A stretch of DNA of 18,490 nt from positions 1-18,490 of IMG/VR virus record IMGVR_UViG_2563366965_000003; one strand, written 5' to 3'. The position numbers and the translations under genes were made by a program. A model generated the notes under the pieces. It worked only from the letters and a program-made list of their open reading frames with translations. It was not told the origin of the DNA and ran no database searches. This DNA comes from a virus (Duplodnaviria > Heunggongvirae > Uroviricota > Caudoviricetes). The stretch's first letter is position 1; every line of letters begins with the position of its first letter. Of the stretch, positions 8,585 to 18,268 are shown one piece after another.

Positions 8585-9081
8585 TGCCTCCATCATTACG
8601 AAAAGCCGTTGCTGCTGCTATTGGTGGCGGAGCAATTGCTATAGCATCAGTGTTAATTACTGGCCCAAGTGGTAACGATGGTCTGGAAGGTGTCAGCTAC
8701 GTACCATACAAAGATATCGTTGGCGTATGGACTGTATGTCACGGACACACCGGAAAAGACATCATGCTCGGTAAAACGTATACCAAAGCAGAATGCAAAG
8801 CACTCTTGAATAAAGACCTTGCCACTGTCGCCAGACAAATTAACCCGTACATCAAAGTCGATATACCGGAAACAACGCGCGGCGCTCTTTACTCATTCGT
8901 TTACAACGTGGGTGCTGGCAATTTCAGAACATCGACGCTTCTTCGCAAAATAAACCAGGGCGATATCAAAGGCGCATGTGATCAGCTACGTCGCTGGACA
9001 TATGCTGGCGGTAAGCAATGGAAAGGTCTCATGACTCGTCGTGAGATTGAGCGTGAAATCTGTTTGTGGGGTCAGCAATGA
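8584..9081 (+). CDS. rrrD: SAR endolysin (phage 21 R21 / DLP12 RrrD-type lysozyme)
   Basis: 165 aa; Gly/Ala-rich weakly hydrophobic N-terminal signal-anchor-release domain ([18 protein letters not shown]) then lysozyme domain; ATG overlaps holin stop (TAATG). Confidence 0.85.
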   Translation: MPPSLRKAVAAAIGGGAIAIASVLITGPSGNDGLEGVSYVPYKDIVGVWTVCHGHTGKDIMLGKTYTKAECKALLNKDLATVARQINPYIKVDIPETTRGALYSFVYNVGAGNFRTSTLLRKINQGDIKGACDQLRRWTYAGGKQWKGLMTRREIEREICLWGQQ

Positions 9082-9539
9082 ACAGAGTAACCGCGATTAT
9101 CTCCGCTCTGGTTATCTGCATCATCGTCTACCTGTCATGGGCTGTTAATCATTACCGTGATAACGCCATTACCTACAAAGCCCAGCGCGACAAAAATGCC
9201 AGAGAACTGAAGCTGGCGAACGCGGCAATTACTGACATGCAGATGCGTCAGCGTGATGTTGCTGCGCTCGATGCAAAATACACGAAGGAGTTAGCTGATG
9301 CGAAAGCTGAAAATGATGCTCTGCGTGATGATGTTGCCGCTGGTCGTCGTCGGTTGCACATCAAAGCAGTCTGTCAGTCAGTGCGTGAAGCCACCACCGC
9401 CTCCGGCGTGGATAATGCAGCCTCCCCCCGACTGGCAGACACCGCTGAACGGGATTATTTCACCCTCAGAGAGAGGCTGATCACTATGCAAAAACAACTG
9501 GAAGGAACCCAGAAGTATATTAATGAGCAGTGCAGATAG
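9078..9539 (+). CDS. rzpD: Rz i-spanin (lambda type)
   Basis: 153 aa from ATG at 9078 ([29 protein letters not shown]...), matching lambda Rz except a few residues; N-terminal TMD. Confidence 0.85.
   Translation: MNRVTAIISALVICIIVYLSWAVNHYRDNAITYKAQRDKNARELKLANAAITDMQMRQRDVAALDAKYTKELADAKAENDALRDDVAAGRRRLHIKAVCQSVREATTASGVDNAASPRLADTAERDYFTLRERLITMQKQLEGTQKYINEQCR
9298..9480 (+). CDS. rzoD: Rz1 o-spanin lipoprotein, embedded in the +1 frame of Rz
   Basis: 60 aa ([24 protein letters not shown]...[16 protein letters not shown]); lipobox VVG-C, proline-rich; wholly inside the Rz reading frame. Confidence 0.8.
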   Translation: MRKLKMMLCVMMLPLVVVGCTSKQSVSQCVKPPPPPAWIMQPPPDWQTPLNGIISPSERG

Positions 9540-9570
9540 AGTTGCCCATATCGATGGGCAACTCATGCAA

Positions 9571-9864
9571 TTATTGTGAGCAATACACACGCGCTTCCAG
9601 CGGAGTATAAATGCCTAAAGTAATAAAACCGAGCAATCCATTTACGAATGTTTGCTGGGTTTCTGTTTTAACAACATTTTCTGCGCCGCCACAAATTTTG
9701 GCTGCATCGACAGTTTTCTTCTGCCCAATTCCAGAAACGAAGAAATGATGGGTGATGGTTTCCTTTGGTGCTACTGCTGCCGGTTTGTTTTGAACAGTAA
9801 ACGTCTGTTGAGCACATCCTGTAATAAGCAGGGCCAGCGCAGTAGCGAGTAGCATTTTTTTCAT
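9571..9864 (-). CDS. bor: Bor lipoprotein (serum-resistance lysogenic-conversion protein)
   Basis: 97 aa (MKKMLLATALALLITGCAQQTFTVQNKPAAVAPKETITHHFFVSGIGQKKTVDAAKICGG...), lambda Bor as I recall it. Confidence 0.9.
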   Translation of the reverse strand: MKKMLLATALALLITGCAQQTFTVQNKPAAVAPKETITHHFFVSGIGQKKTVDAAKICGGAENVVKTETQQTFVNGLLGFITLGIYTPLEARVYCSQ

Positions 9865-10154
9865 GGTGTTATTCCCGATGCTTTTTGAAGTTCGCAGAAT
9901 CGTATGTGTAGAAAATTAAACAAACCCTAAACAATGAGTTGAAATTTCATATTGTTAATATTTATTAATGTATGTCAGGTGCGATGAATCGTCATTGTAT
10001 TCCCGGATTAACTATGTCCACAGCCCTGACGGGGAACTTCTCTGCGGGAGTGTCCGGGAATAATTAAAAACGATGCACACAGGGTTTAGCGCGTACACGT
10101 ATTGCATTATGCCAACGCCCCGGTGCTGACACGGAAGAAACCGGACGTTATGAT

Positions 10155-10688
10155 TTAGCGTGGAAAGATTTGTGTAGTGTTCTGAATGCTCTCAGTAAAT
10201 AGTAATGAATTATCAAAGGTATAGTAATATCTTTTATGTTCATGGATATTTGTAACCCATCGGAAAACTCCTGCTTTAGCAAGATTTTCCCTGTATTGCT
10301 GAAATGTGATTTCTCTTGATTTCAACCTATCATAGGACGTTTCTATAAGATGCGTGTTTCTTGAGAATTTAACATTTACAACCTTTTTAAGTCCTTTTAT
10401 TAACACGGTGTTATCGTTTTCTAACACGATGTGAATATTATCTGTGGCTAGATAGTAAATATAATGTGAGACGTTGTGACGTTTTAGTTCAGAATAAAAC
10501 AATTCACAGTTTAAATCTTTTCGCACTTGATCGAATATTTCTTTAAAAATGGCAACCTGAGCCATTGGTAAAACCTTCCATGTGATACGAGGGCGCGTAG
10601 TTTGCATTATCGTTTTTATCGTTTCAATCTGGTCTGACCTCTTTGTGTTTTGTTGATGATTTATGTCAAATATTAGGAATGTTTTCAC
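10155..10688 (-). CDS. DUF1398-type protein (DLP12 YbcV-like / lambda right-end orf)
   Basis: 177-aa ORF (alternative start at internal MQTTRPR gives about 150 aa); position after bor matches the lambda/DLP12 right end. Confidence 0.65.
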   Translation of the reverse strand: MKTFLIFDINHQQNTKRSDQIETIKTIMQTTRPRITWKVLPMAQVAIFKEIFDQVRKDLNCELFYSELKRHNVSHYIYYLATDNIHIVLENDNTVLIKGLKKVVNVKFSRNTHLIETSYDRLKSREITFQQYRENLAKAGVFRWVTNIHEHKRYYYTFDNSLLFTESIQNTTQIFPR

Positions 10689-10850
10689 TTAATAGTATTG
10701 GTTGCGTAACAAAGTGCGGTCCTGCTGGCATTCTGGAGGGAAATACAACCGACAGATGTATGTAAGGCCAACGTGCTCAAATCTTCATACAGAAAGATTT
10801 GAAGTAATATTTTAACCGCTAGATGAAGAGCAAGCGCATGGAGCGACAAA

Positions 10851-11057
10851 ATGAATAAAGAACAATCTGCTGATGATCCCTCCGTGGATCTGATTCGTGT
10901 AAAAAATATGCTTAATAGCACCATTTCTATGAGTTACCCTGATGTTGTAATTGCATGTATAGAACATAAGGTGTCTCTGGAAGCATTCAGAGCAATTGAG
11001 GCAGCGTTGGTGAAGCACGATAATAATATGAAGGATTATTCCCTGGTGGTTGACTGA
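10851..11057 (+). CDS. YbcW-like small protein
   Basis: 68 aa ([40 protein letters not shown]...); position and length as DLP12 ybcW. Confidence 0.5.
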
Positions 11058-11221
11058 TCACCATAACTGCTAATCATTCAAACTATTTAGCCTGTGACAG
11101 AGCCAACACGCAGTCTGTCACTGTCAGGAAAGTGGTAAAACTGCAACTCAATTACTGCAATGCCCTCGTAATTAAGTGAATTTACAATATCGTCCTGTTC
11201 GGAGGGAAGAACGCGGGATGT

Positions 11222-11416
11222 TCATTCTTCATCACTTTTAATTGATGTATATGCTCTCTTTTCTGACGTTAGTCTCCGACGGCAGGCTTCAATGACCCAG
11301 GCTGAGAAATTCCCGGACCCTTTTTGCTCAAGAGCGATGTTAATTTGTTCAATCATTTGGTTAGGAAAGCGGATGTTGCGGGTTGTTGTTCTGCGGGTTC
11401 TGTTCTTCGTTGACAT
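11222..11416 (-). CDS. YlcI-like small basic protein (DUF3950)
   Basis: 64 aa (MSTKNRTRRTTTRNIRFPNQMIEQINIALEQKGSGNF...); last gene before cos as in the lambda/DLP12 right end. Confidence 0.55.
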   Translation of the reverse strand: MSTKNRTRRTTTRNIRFPNQMIEQINIALEQKGSGNFSAWVIEACRRRLTSEKRAYTSIKSDEE

Positions 11417-11559
11417 GAGGTTGCCCCGTATTCAGTGTCGCTGATTTGTATTGTCTGAAGTTGTTTTTACGTTAAGTTGATGCAGATCAATTAATACGAT
11501 ACCTGCGTCATAATTGATTATTTGACGTGGTTTGATGGCCTCCACGCACGTTGTGATAT

Positions 11560-11800
11560 GTAGATGATAATCATTATCACTTTACGGGTCCTTTCCGGTG
11601 ATCCGACAGGTTACGGGGCGGCGACCTCGCGGGTTTTCGCTATTTATGAAAATTTTCCGGTTTAAGGCGTTTCCGTTCTTCTTCGTCATAACTTAATGTT
11701 TTTATTTAAAATACCCTCTGAAAAGAAAGGAAGCGACAGGTGCTGAAAGCGTGCTTTTTGGCCTCTGTCGTTTCCTTTCTCTGTTTTTGTCCGTGGAATG
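11560..11800. other. lambda cos site (cosQ-cosN-cosB); cosN 12-nt cohesive end at 11616-11627
   Basis: ...TTACGGGTCCTTTCCGGTGATCCGACAGGTTACG | GGGCGGCGACCTCGCGGGTTTTCGCTATTTATGAAAATTTTCCGGTTTAAGGCG... reproduces the lambda right and left genome ends as I recall them. Confidence 0.85.
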
Positions 11801-11804
11801 AACA

Positions 11805-11864
11805 ATGGAAGTCAACAAAAAGCAGCTGGCTGACATTTTCGGTGCGAGTATAAGTTCTGATTAG
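11805..11864 (+). pseudogene. nu1: nu1 (terminase small subunit) stump: 16 native codons, then deletion junction and premature stop
   Basis: ATGGAAGTCAACAAAAAGCAGCTGGCTGACATTTTCGGTGCGAGTAT = MEVNKKQLADIFGASI; identity to lambda ends at about 11851, followed by SSD-stop. Confidence 0.75.
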
Positions 11865-11886
11865 CCAGGTAACACAGTGTTATGAC

Positions 11887-11914
11887 AGCCCGCCGGTTCA
11901 GGCGGGCTTTTTTG
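11887..11914 (+). terminator. intrinsic terminator immediately upstream of stf
   Basis: AGCCCGCC ggttca GGCGGGCT followed by TTTTTT. Confidence 0.55.
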
Positions 11915-11924
11915 TGGGGTGAAT

Positions 11925-14888
11925 ATGGCAGTAAAGATTTCAGGTGTACTGAAAGACAGCACAGGAAAACCGGTACAGAACTGCACAATCCAGCTGAAAG
12001 CAAAACGTAACAGCACCGCGGTGGTGGTGAACACGCTGGCCTCAGAAAATCCGGATGAAGCCGGGCGTTACAGCATGGACGTTGAGTACGGTCAGTACAG
12101 CGTTATTCTGTTGGTGGAAGGATTCCCGCCGTCACATGCCGGGACCATCACCGTGTATGAAGATTCCCGACCCGGTACGCTGAATGATTTTCTCGGTGCC
12201 ATGACGGAGGATGATGCCCGTCCGGAGGCTCTGCGCCGTTTTGAACTGATGGTGGAAGAGGTGGCGCGTAACGCGTCCGCAGTGGCACAGAACACGGCAG
12301 CCGCGAAGAAGTCAGCCAGTGATGCCAGCACATCTGCCAGTGAGGCGGCAACTCATACAACCGATGCTGCAGGCTCAGCTCGTGCCGCCAGCACGTCAGC
12401 CGGACAGGCTGCATCATCTGCTCAGTCAGCATCTTTCAGCGCAGGAACGGCATCAACAAAGGCCAGTGAAGCATCGAAAAGTGCTGCTGCTGCAGAGTCC
12501 TCAAAAAGCGCGGCAGCTACCAGTGCCGCTGCGGCGAAAACGTCAGAAACGAATGCGGCAGCGTCACAACAATCAGCAGCCACTTCTGCATCCGCCGCGA
12601 CCACGAAGGCGTCAGAAGCTGCCACCTCAGCCCGGGATGCGGCGGCCTCAAAAGAGGCGGCAAAATCATCAGAAACGAGCGCAGCCTCGAGCGCCAGTAG
12701 TGCAGCCTCCTCGGCAACAGCGGCAGGAAATTCCGCGAAGGCGGCAAAAACGTCCGAGACGAACGCTAAGTCTTCTGAGACGGCAGCAGCACAGAGTGCC
12801 TCCGCAGCAGCAGACTCAAAAACAGCGGCTGCCTCATCTGCCAGCGCCGCGTCAACAAATGCCGGGCAGGCCTCAGCCAGTGCCACCGCTGCCGGAAAGT
12901 CGGCAGAAAGCGCCGCATCATCCGCTTCAACAGCCACAACGAAGGCTGGCGAAGCCACTGAACAGGCCACGGCAGCAGCGAGGTCAGCTTCCGCAGCGAA
13001 GACATCCGAAACGAACGCGAAAGCGTCGGAAACCAGCGCAGAATCCTCAAAAACGGCTGCCGCATCGTCAGCCAGTTCGGCGGCGTCATCGGCATCATCG
13101 GCGTCTGCTTCAAAAGATGAGGCGACCAGACAGGCGTCAGCAGCGAAGGGCAGCGCCACGACGGCATCCACGAAGGCGACAGAGGCAGCTGGCAGTGCGA
13201 CGGCGGCAGCTCAGAGCAAAAGTACGGCGGAATCCGCGGCAACGCGCGCCGAGACAGCAGCAAAACGGGCAGAGGATATTGCATCCGCCGTGGCGCTTGA
13301 GGATGCGAGCACGACGAAAAAGGGGATAGTACAGCTCAGCAGTGCGACTAACAGCACTTCCGAGTCACTGGCGGCAACGCCAAAAGCCGTTAAGGCCGCG
13401 TATGAGCTGGCTAACGGGAAATACACCGCACAGGATGCAACGACAGCACAGAAAGGGATAGTTCAGCTTAGCAACGCGACCAACAGCACATCTGAAATGC
13501 TGGCGGCAACGCCAAAGTCGGTAAAGGCAGCCTATGACCTTGCTAACGGGAAATATACTGCTCAGGACGCTACGACAGCACAAAAAGGAATTGTCCAGCT
13601 CAGTAGTGCAACCAACAGCGCATCTGAAACGCTTGCCGCGACACCGAAAGCAGTGAAAGCAGCTAATGATAATGCGAATGGTCGGGTACCTTCTGCCCGT
13701 AAGGTGAATGGTAAGGCGCTTTCAGCGGATATAACACTGACGCCGAAAGATATTGGTACGCTTAACTCAACAACAATGTCATTCAGCGGTGGTGCTGGTT
13801 GGTTCAAATTAGCAACGGTAACCATGCCACAGGCGAGTTCTGTTGTTTCAATTACGTTGATTGGTGGCGCGGGATTTAACGTGGGGTCACCTCAACAGGC
13901 AGGTATATCTGAACTTGTTTTGCGTGCAGGTAATGGTAATCCGAAGGGGATTACTGGTGCTTTATGGCAGCGCACATCGACAGGGTTTACAAATTTTGCC
14001 TGGGTCAATACATCTGGTGATACTTACGATATTTACGTTGCAATCGGAAATTATGCGACTGGTGTAAATATTCAATGGGATTATACCAGTAATGCCAGCG
14101 TGACGATTCATACGTCACCAGCATATTCTGCTAATAAGCCGGAAGGGTTAACGGACGGTACAGTTTATTCACTCTATACGCCATCAGAGCAGTTTTATCC
14201 GCCTGGCGCACCAATCCCGTGGCCATCAGATACCGTTCCGTCTGGCTATGCCCTGATGCAGGGGCAGACTTTTGACAAATCTGCATACCCGAAACTTGCA
14301 GCCGCTTATCCGTCAGCCGTGATCCCTGATATGCGTGGCTGGACGATTAAGGGCAAACCCGCCAGTGGTCGTGCCGTATTGTCTCAGGAACAGGACGGCA
14401 TTAAATCGCACACCCACAGCGCCAGCGCATCCAGTACGGATTTGGGGACGAAAAACACATCGTCGTTTGATTACGGAACCAAATCCACGAATAACACCGG
14501 GGCGCATACCCATAGTATTAGCGGGACTGCAAATAGTGCCGGTGCGCACCAACACAAGAGTTCCGGTGCATTTGGTGGCACGAACACGAGCATTTTCCCT
14601 AATGGTTATACCGCGATTTCAAATCTAAGCGCGGGGATTATGAGCACAACAAGCGGTAGTGGCCAGACTCGTAATGCAGGGAAGACATCATCAGATGGTG
14701 CTCATACCCACTCGCTGTCCGGCACTGCTGCAAGCGCAGGCGCACATGCACATACTGTCGGTATTGGTGCTCATACGCACTCCGTTGCGATTGGCTCACA
14801 CGGACACACCATCACCGTTAACGCTGCTGGTAACGCGGAAAACACCGTCAAAAACATCGCATTTAACTATATTGTGAGGCTTGCATAA
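11925..14888 (+). CDS. stf: side tail fibre protein Stf (lambda-type, expanded repeats)
   Basis: 987 aa from ATG 11925 ([31 protein letters not shown]...), lambda Stf N-terminus; Ala/Ser/Thr-rich shaft; three tandem fibre repeats; His-rich tip ending ...[14 protein letters not shown]. Confidence 0.9.
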   Translation: MAVKISGVLKDSTGKPVQNCTIQLKAKRNSTAVVVNTLASENPDEAGRYSMDVEYGQYSVILLVEGFPPSHAGTITVYEDSRPGTLNDFLGAMTEDDARPEALRRFELMVEEVARNASAVAQNTAAAKKSASDASTSASEAATHTTDAAGSARAASTSAGQAASSAQSASFSAGTASTKASEASKSAAAAESSKSAAATSAAAAKTSETNAAASQQSAATSASAATTKASEAATSARDAAASKEAAKSSETSAASSASSAASSATAAGNSAKAAKTSETNAKSSETAAAQSASAAADSKTAAASSASAASTNAGQASASATAAGKSAESAASSASTATTKAGEATEQATAAARSASAAKTSETNAKASETSAESSKTAAASSASSAASSASSASASKDEATRQASAAKGSATTASTKATEAAGSATAAAQSKSTAESAATRAETAAKRAEDIASAVALEDASTTKKGIVQLSSATNSTSESLAATPKAVKAAYELANGKYTAQDATTAQKGIVQLSNATNSTSEMLAATPKSVKAAYDLANGKYTAQDATTAQKGIVQLSSATNSASETLAATPKAVKAANDNANGRVPSARKVNGKALSADITLTPKDIGTLNSTTMSFSGGAGWFKLATVTMPQASSVVSITLIGGAGFNVGSPQQAGISELVLRAGNGNPKGITGALWQRTSTGFTNFAWVNTSGDTYDIYVAIGNYATGVNIQWDYTSNASVTIHTSPAYSANKPEGLTDGTVYSLYTPSEQFYPPGAPIPWPSDTVPSGYALMQGQTFDKSAYPKLAAAYPSAVIPDMRGWTIKGKPASGRAVLSQEQDGIKSHTHSASASSTDLGTKNTSSFDYGTKSTNNTGAHTHSISGTANSAGAHQHKSSGAFGGTNTSIFPNGYTAISNLSAGIMSTTSGSGQTRNAGKTSSDGAHTHSLSGTAASAGAHAHTVGIGAHTHSVAIGSHGHTITVNAAGNAENTVKNIAFNYIVRLA

Positions 14889-15469
14889 TGGCATTCAGAA
14901 TGAGTGAACAACCACGGACCATAAAAATTTATAATCTGCTGGCCGGAACTAATGAATTTATTGGTGAAGGTGATGCATATATTCCGCCTCATACAGGTCT
15001 GCCAGCAAACAGTACCGATATTGCACCGCCAGATATTCCGGCTGGCTTCGTGGCTGTTTTCAACAGTGATGAGTCATCGTGGCATCTTGTTGAAGACCAT
15101 CGGGGTAAAACAGTTTATGACGTGGCATCAGGGGACGCGTTATTTATTTCTGAACTCGGCTCATTACCGGAAAATGTTACCTGGTTATCCCCGGAAGGGG
15201 AGTTTCAGAAGTGGAACGGCACAGCCTGGGTGAAGGATACGGAAGCAGAAAAACTGTTCCGGATCCGGGAGGTGGAAGAAACAAAAAACAGCCTGATGCA
15301 GGTAGCCAGTGAGCATATAGCGCCGCTTCAGGATGCTGTGGATCTGGAAATCGCAACGGAGGAAGAAACCTTGTTGCTGGAAGCCTGGAAAAAGTATCGG
15401 GTATTGCTGAACCGTGTTGATACGTCAACTGCACAGGATATTGAATGGCCAGTAGCACCTATAGGGTAA
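14888..15469 (+). CDS. tfa: tail fibre assembly chaperone Tfa
   Basis: 193 aa ([54 protein letters not shown]...), lambda Tfa; ATG overlaps stf stop (TAATG). Confidence 0.9.
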   Translation: MAFRMSEQPRTIKIYNLLAGTNEFIGEGDAYIPPHTGLPANSTDIAPPDIPAGFVAVFNSDESSWHLVEDHRGKTVYDVASGDALFISELGSLPENVTWLSPEGEFQKWNGTAWVKDTEAEKLFRIREVEETKNSLMQVASEHIAPLQDAVDLEIATEEETLLLEAWKKYRVLLNRVDTSTAQDIEWPVAPIG

Positions 15470-15549
15470 ATTCGTAATGATTACCTAAATACGTTATTCT
15501 TTTGTTCAAAAAGTGATTTTGCTATAGATAGGGAGTATGTTCTTGGATT

Positions 15550-15584
15550 AAGAATAAAAATCGCCATGAAAGAGCTTCATGGCG
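15550..15584 (-). terminator. putative minus-strand intrinsic terminator in the tfa-att spacer
   Basis: 9-bp stem CGCCATGAA/TTCATGGCG (15562-15584); on the minus strand followed by ATTTTTATTCTT. Confidence 0.35.
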
Positions 15585-16327
15585 AGTACATAAACGTACA
15601 AAATGTGATGAAAGTAGAGTGGCGTAAGCCACTATATTAAGATGTGACAATAGCGAAGAAAAGTAAATAACATTTTATGGACGTTTAATTGTTAATTATA
15701 AAAACTAGAGTGCCCGATATTGTTTACCTTGCTTTAAAATAATGTACTCAAACCAAATTTTTGAGCTAAAAGCTCAAATAATATAAATGCAATAATAATG
15801 TTTAATAAGACAATTAGCTTGCTTTGTATTTTCATTTCGGAATACTGTTAAGTAACTTTGATGACCCTAACAATAGATCGGAATTTTCTTAGAGTCAATG
15901 GTCACTGTTTTTGCTTGCAAAGCAAATGTTTTGGTGGTTATAAGTTGTCTTAATATAGTCACGCATGCAACTTGTTCCATGCGGAGATTAAAGATTGGAA
16001 TATAACGCTAAGATGGAATTAAATTACATTTGCAATAATCAATTTATTATTACTCAATAATTACCGATATTATTATTGTAAATTAATCATTAGAGTGCAA
16101 AAAGAAATGTAACGGCAAAATAAGAGGACGATAGCTGAGAAAAAAGCGTGCTTTCCCAATCTGGGGCAAATCACGTCTGAATGACACCTGAAAACAGGTG
16201 GTAGCCTCAAGAAGGCTTGGAATATTCTTCTTTAATGTTATGTAATTCATTGATTTTTCGTGTACGATTTAAAGACATTTATTCCAAGAAAAATTTTTAA
16301 CTCTTTGATTTTTCGACTCTGTATCAT

Positions 16328-16389
16328 CGGTCTCGAAAACCGGAGTAGGGGCAACTCTACCGGGGGTTCAAATCCCCCTCTCTCCGCCA
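16328..16389 (+). tRNA. partial tRNA-Ser(CGA) (serU-like), 3' 62 nt only; probable prophage attR core
   Basis: CGGTCTCGAAAACCGGAGTAGGGGCAACTCTACCGGGGGTTCAAATCCCCCTCTCTCCGCCA = anticodon stem-loop (CGA), long variable arm, T-arm, 3' acceptor strand and CCA; no complementary 5' acceptor strand (GGAGAGA) upstream. Confidence 0.7.
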
Positions 16390-16964
16390 CTTTATCAATG
16401 ACTTATCTCCCGACTTCCCGCCTTGCTTTTCCTAAACAGAACAATCGTAGAATATTCTTGAAGGGTTAGATCGTCACTGTTTTCTGTTCGATACTGTGAC
16501 ATTCAGCACTTGATTCGCTATGGATCTGACAGGAAGGTTTTGAGCGAAAATTTGCAGTTATTCAGTCGTTTTCTTATCGGTCACCATTATTCTTTTAGAC
16601 ATTGATCCTACAAAGCTGCCGCAAAGTTGGTGGTGGGAACTGAAGTTGCGTAGAGAAGGGGTCAATACCCGGAGGCAAACATGGGCTGGCAAAAGTGTAG
16701 CGGTATTAGGCGCAGCTATTTAGCCTAGTTATGTTTTATGAAAACTTGATATCATATAAGTGTCTTACTTATTGGCTGTAAATAAGTTTTTCCTAAGGAA
16801 TTGTTTCTTGAGTATCATTTGTAACTGTAACGGAATTTATAATCCTTTGCTTTATTGTTACGGTATTTTTTATCACACCCTATTTTTTATGTGGTTTTTT
16901 ATACTGAAGTTTGGCAAAGTGAACTTTATATGCATATACTTCATCCTGGTTTCAGTTAAGTTGG

Positions 16965-17717
16965 GTGGATGATATGGCAACTACATGTTCAGTTATATTG
17001 ATTTTGGAGTCCTTTGATGTTTATTTCGGAAAAGAGAGTGTGTTTCTGGAGAGAGGTTCATCTGTACTTGTCGACTCTAGCTCTAGAGATTTTTTCCTGA
17101 CATATCCTGAAAGAGTGATAGTGGCGGATTTTGGCGCTGAGTTTATTAGTCGCTATTTGAAAGCTAATAACTTAAGGGATATTTCTGATTGTAGGGAATA
17201 TCCATCTTATTTAAAAATAAACTTTGCTGACTTCAGTTTAATTAAAGGATTAATTAGTTGGGCTAATCACTGTGCTGAATACATAGAAATTTTTGATGAG
17301 TCTATTGCTTTTACATGTCTCTCTGCATTTTCTTCTGAAAAACAATTTGGAGTATTTCTGTTTGAATGTTTGAAAAGCACAGGGGCTAAAGTTAAAACGA
17401 TTATTCATACGGATTTATCTGCACCATGGCGTCTTAAGGATATATCATCAAGATTATATCTCAGCGAAAGTTTACTAAAGAGGAAATTGAAAGAAGAGGG
17501 GGTATCATTCAGTAAGATCATACTTGATGAGAGGATGCAAATGGCTGAATATTTACTCAGCACTCGTTGTTATCCTATTAGTAAAGTAGCTAAGGTCTGT
17601 GGTTATGCCAGTGTCTCATACTTTACTTATGTATTTAGACGTTATTTTGGTGTTTCTCCAAGTCAATACTCTCAGAGCAGTTCAGAAAGTAAAATTCTTA
17701 CTCACCAGGGAATCTGA
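16965..17717 (+). CDS. AraC/XylS-family transcriptional regulator (AppY/GadX/Rns-like)
   Basis: 250 aa; C-terminal dual HTH region (WRLKDISSRLYLSESLLKRKLKEEGVSFSKIILDERMQ...CGYASVSYFTYVFRRYFGVSPSQY); AT-rich gene and upstream region; stop lies where an IS terminus begins. Confidence 0.75.
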   Translation: MDDMATTCSVILILESFDVYFGKESVFLERGSSVLVDSSSRDFFLTYPERVIVADFGAEFISRYLKANNLRDISDCREYPSYLKINFADFSLIKGLISWANHCAEYIEIFDESIAFTCLSAFSSEKQFGVFLFECLKSTGAKVKTIIHTDLSAPWRLKDISSRLYLSESLLKRKLKEEGVSFSKIILDERMQMAEYLLSTRCYPISKVAKVCGYASVSYFTYVFRRYFGVSPSQYSQSSSESKILTHQGI

Positions 17718-18229
17718 TCATTGTTCTTGCCCCCTTATTTCCAGACAGGGGGTGTATCTTAAGTTAACGTTACCCGCTGACGTCGATATTCTCGCGGAGA
17801 GCGATAACCCAACGCACTGTGCGGATGGTTTTCATTGTAATGTTCGATCGCCACTGCAAGATTATGCAATGCCGTTCTTACATTCGGTTTCGGCATGAAC
17901 GCGATGTAGTCTTCCTTCATCGTTTTCACGAACCTTTCTGCCATTCCATTACTCTGAGGACTGCTGATTGCCGTTGTGCAGGGCTCCAGATTCAACTCTC
18001 TGGCGAACTGCCATGTTTCATGCGCTCTATACGCTGAACCGTTATCTGTCAGCCACTGGATGGACTGTTCCGGTACTTTATCGCCAAAGCGTTTTTCTAT
18101 CGCTCCTAACATGACATCCTGCACTGTCGCTTTATCGTAACCTCCCGTGCTTGCGGCCCAGTCTATGGCTTCACGATCGCAACAGTCCAGGGCGAACGTA
18201 ACACGCAGTTTTGAATCGCCACGGGTTTA
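17716..18229 (-). mobile_element. truncated IS2-like (IS3 family) element: 3' part of orfB transposase plus terminal repeat region
   Basis: Minus-strand ORF ending at 17759 encodes an rve-type transposase C-terminus (..[53 protein letters not shown]...[14 protein letters not shown]); reading frame continues upstream to a stop at 18227-18229 with no N-terminal or orfA part; 17716-17758 resembles an IS2 terminus (from memory). Confidence 0.6.
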
Positions 18230-18268
18230 ACAGACACCTCAGAGTCATTTAAGATGGCTTAAAGAGAG

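Noticed and set aside
9066-9077. GTG start at 9066 for Rz as given in the ORF track
   Set aside because: ATG at 9078 overlaps the endolysin stop and reproduces the lambda Rz N-terminus.
12319-13329. 336-aa Arg/Pro/Gln-rich plus-strand ORF and several long minus-strand ORFs (12422-13171, 12766-13284, 13211-13825) overlapping stf
   Set aside because: They lie in alternative frames of the repetitive GC-rich Ala/Ser-coding stf shaft; low-complexity artefacts inside a confidently identified gene.
16296-16389. Possibility of a complete tRNA-Ser gene
   Set aside because: No sequence upstream of 16328 can pair with the 3' acceptor strand (needs GGAGAGA); D-arm and 5' half are absent, so only a 3' fragment is present.
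16260-16469. 69-aa plus-strand ORF overlapping the tRNA-Ser fragment
   Set aside because: Overlaps a tRNA-derived sequence and AT-rich intergenic DNA; composition atypical for a protein.
16760-16972. 70-aa Phe/Ile/Cys-rich ORF immediately upstream of the AraC regulator
   Set aside because: Lies in the AT-rich, T-tract-rich promoter region; looks like an AT-rich artefact rather than a membrane protein.
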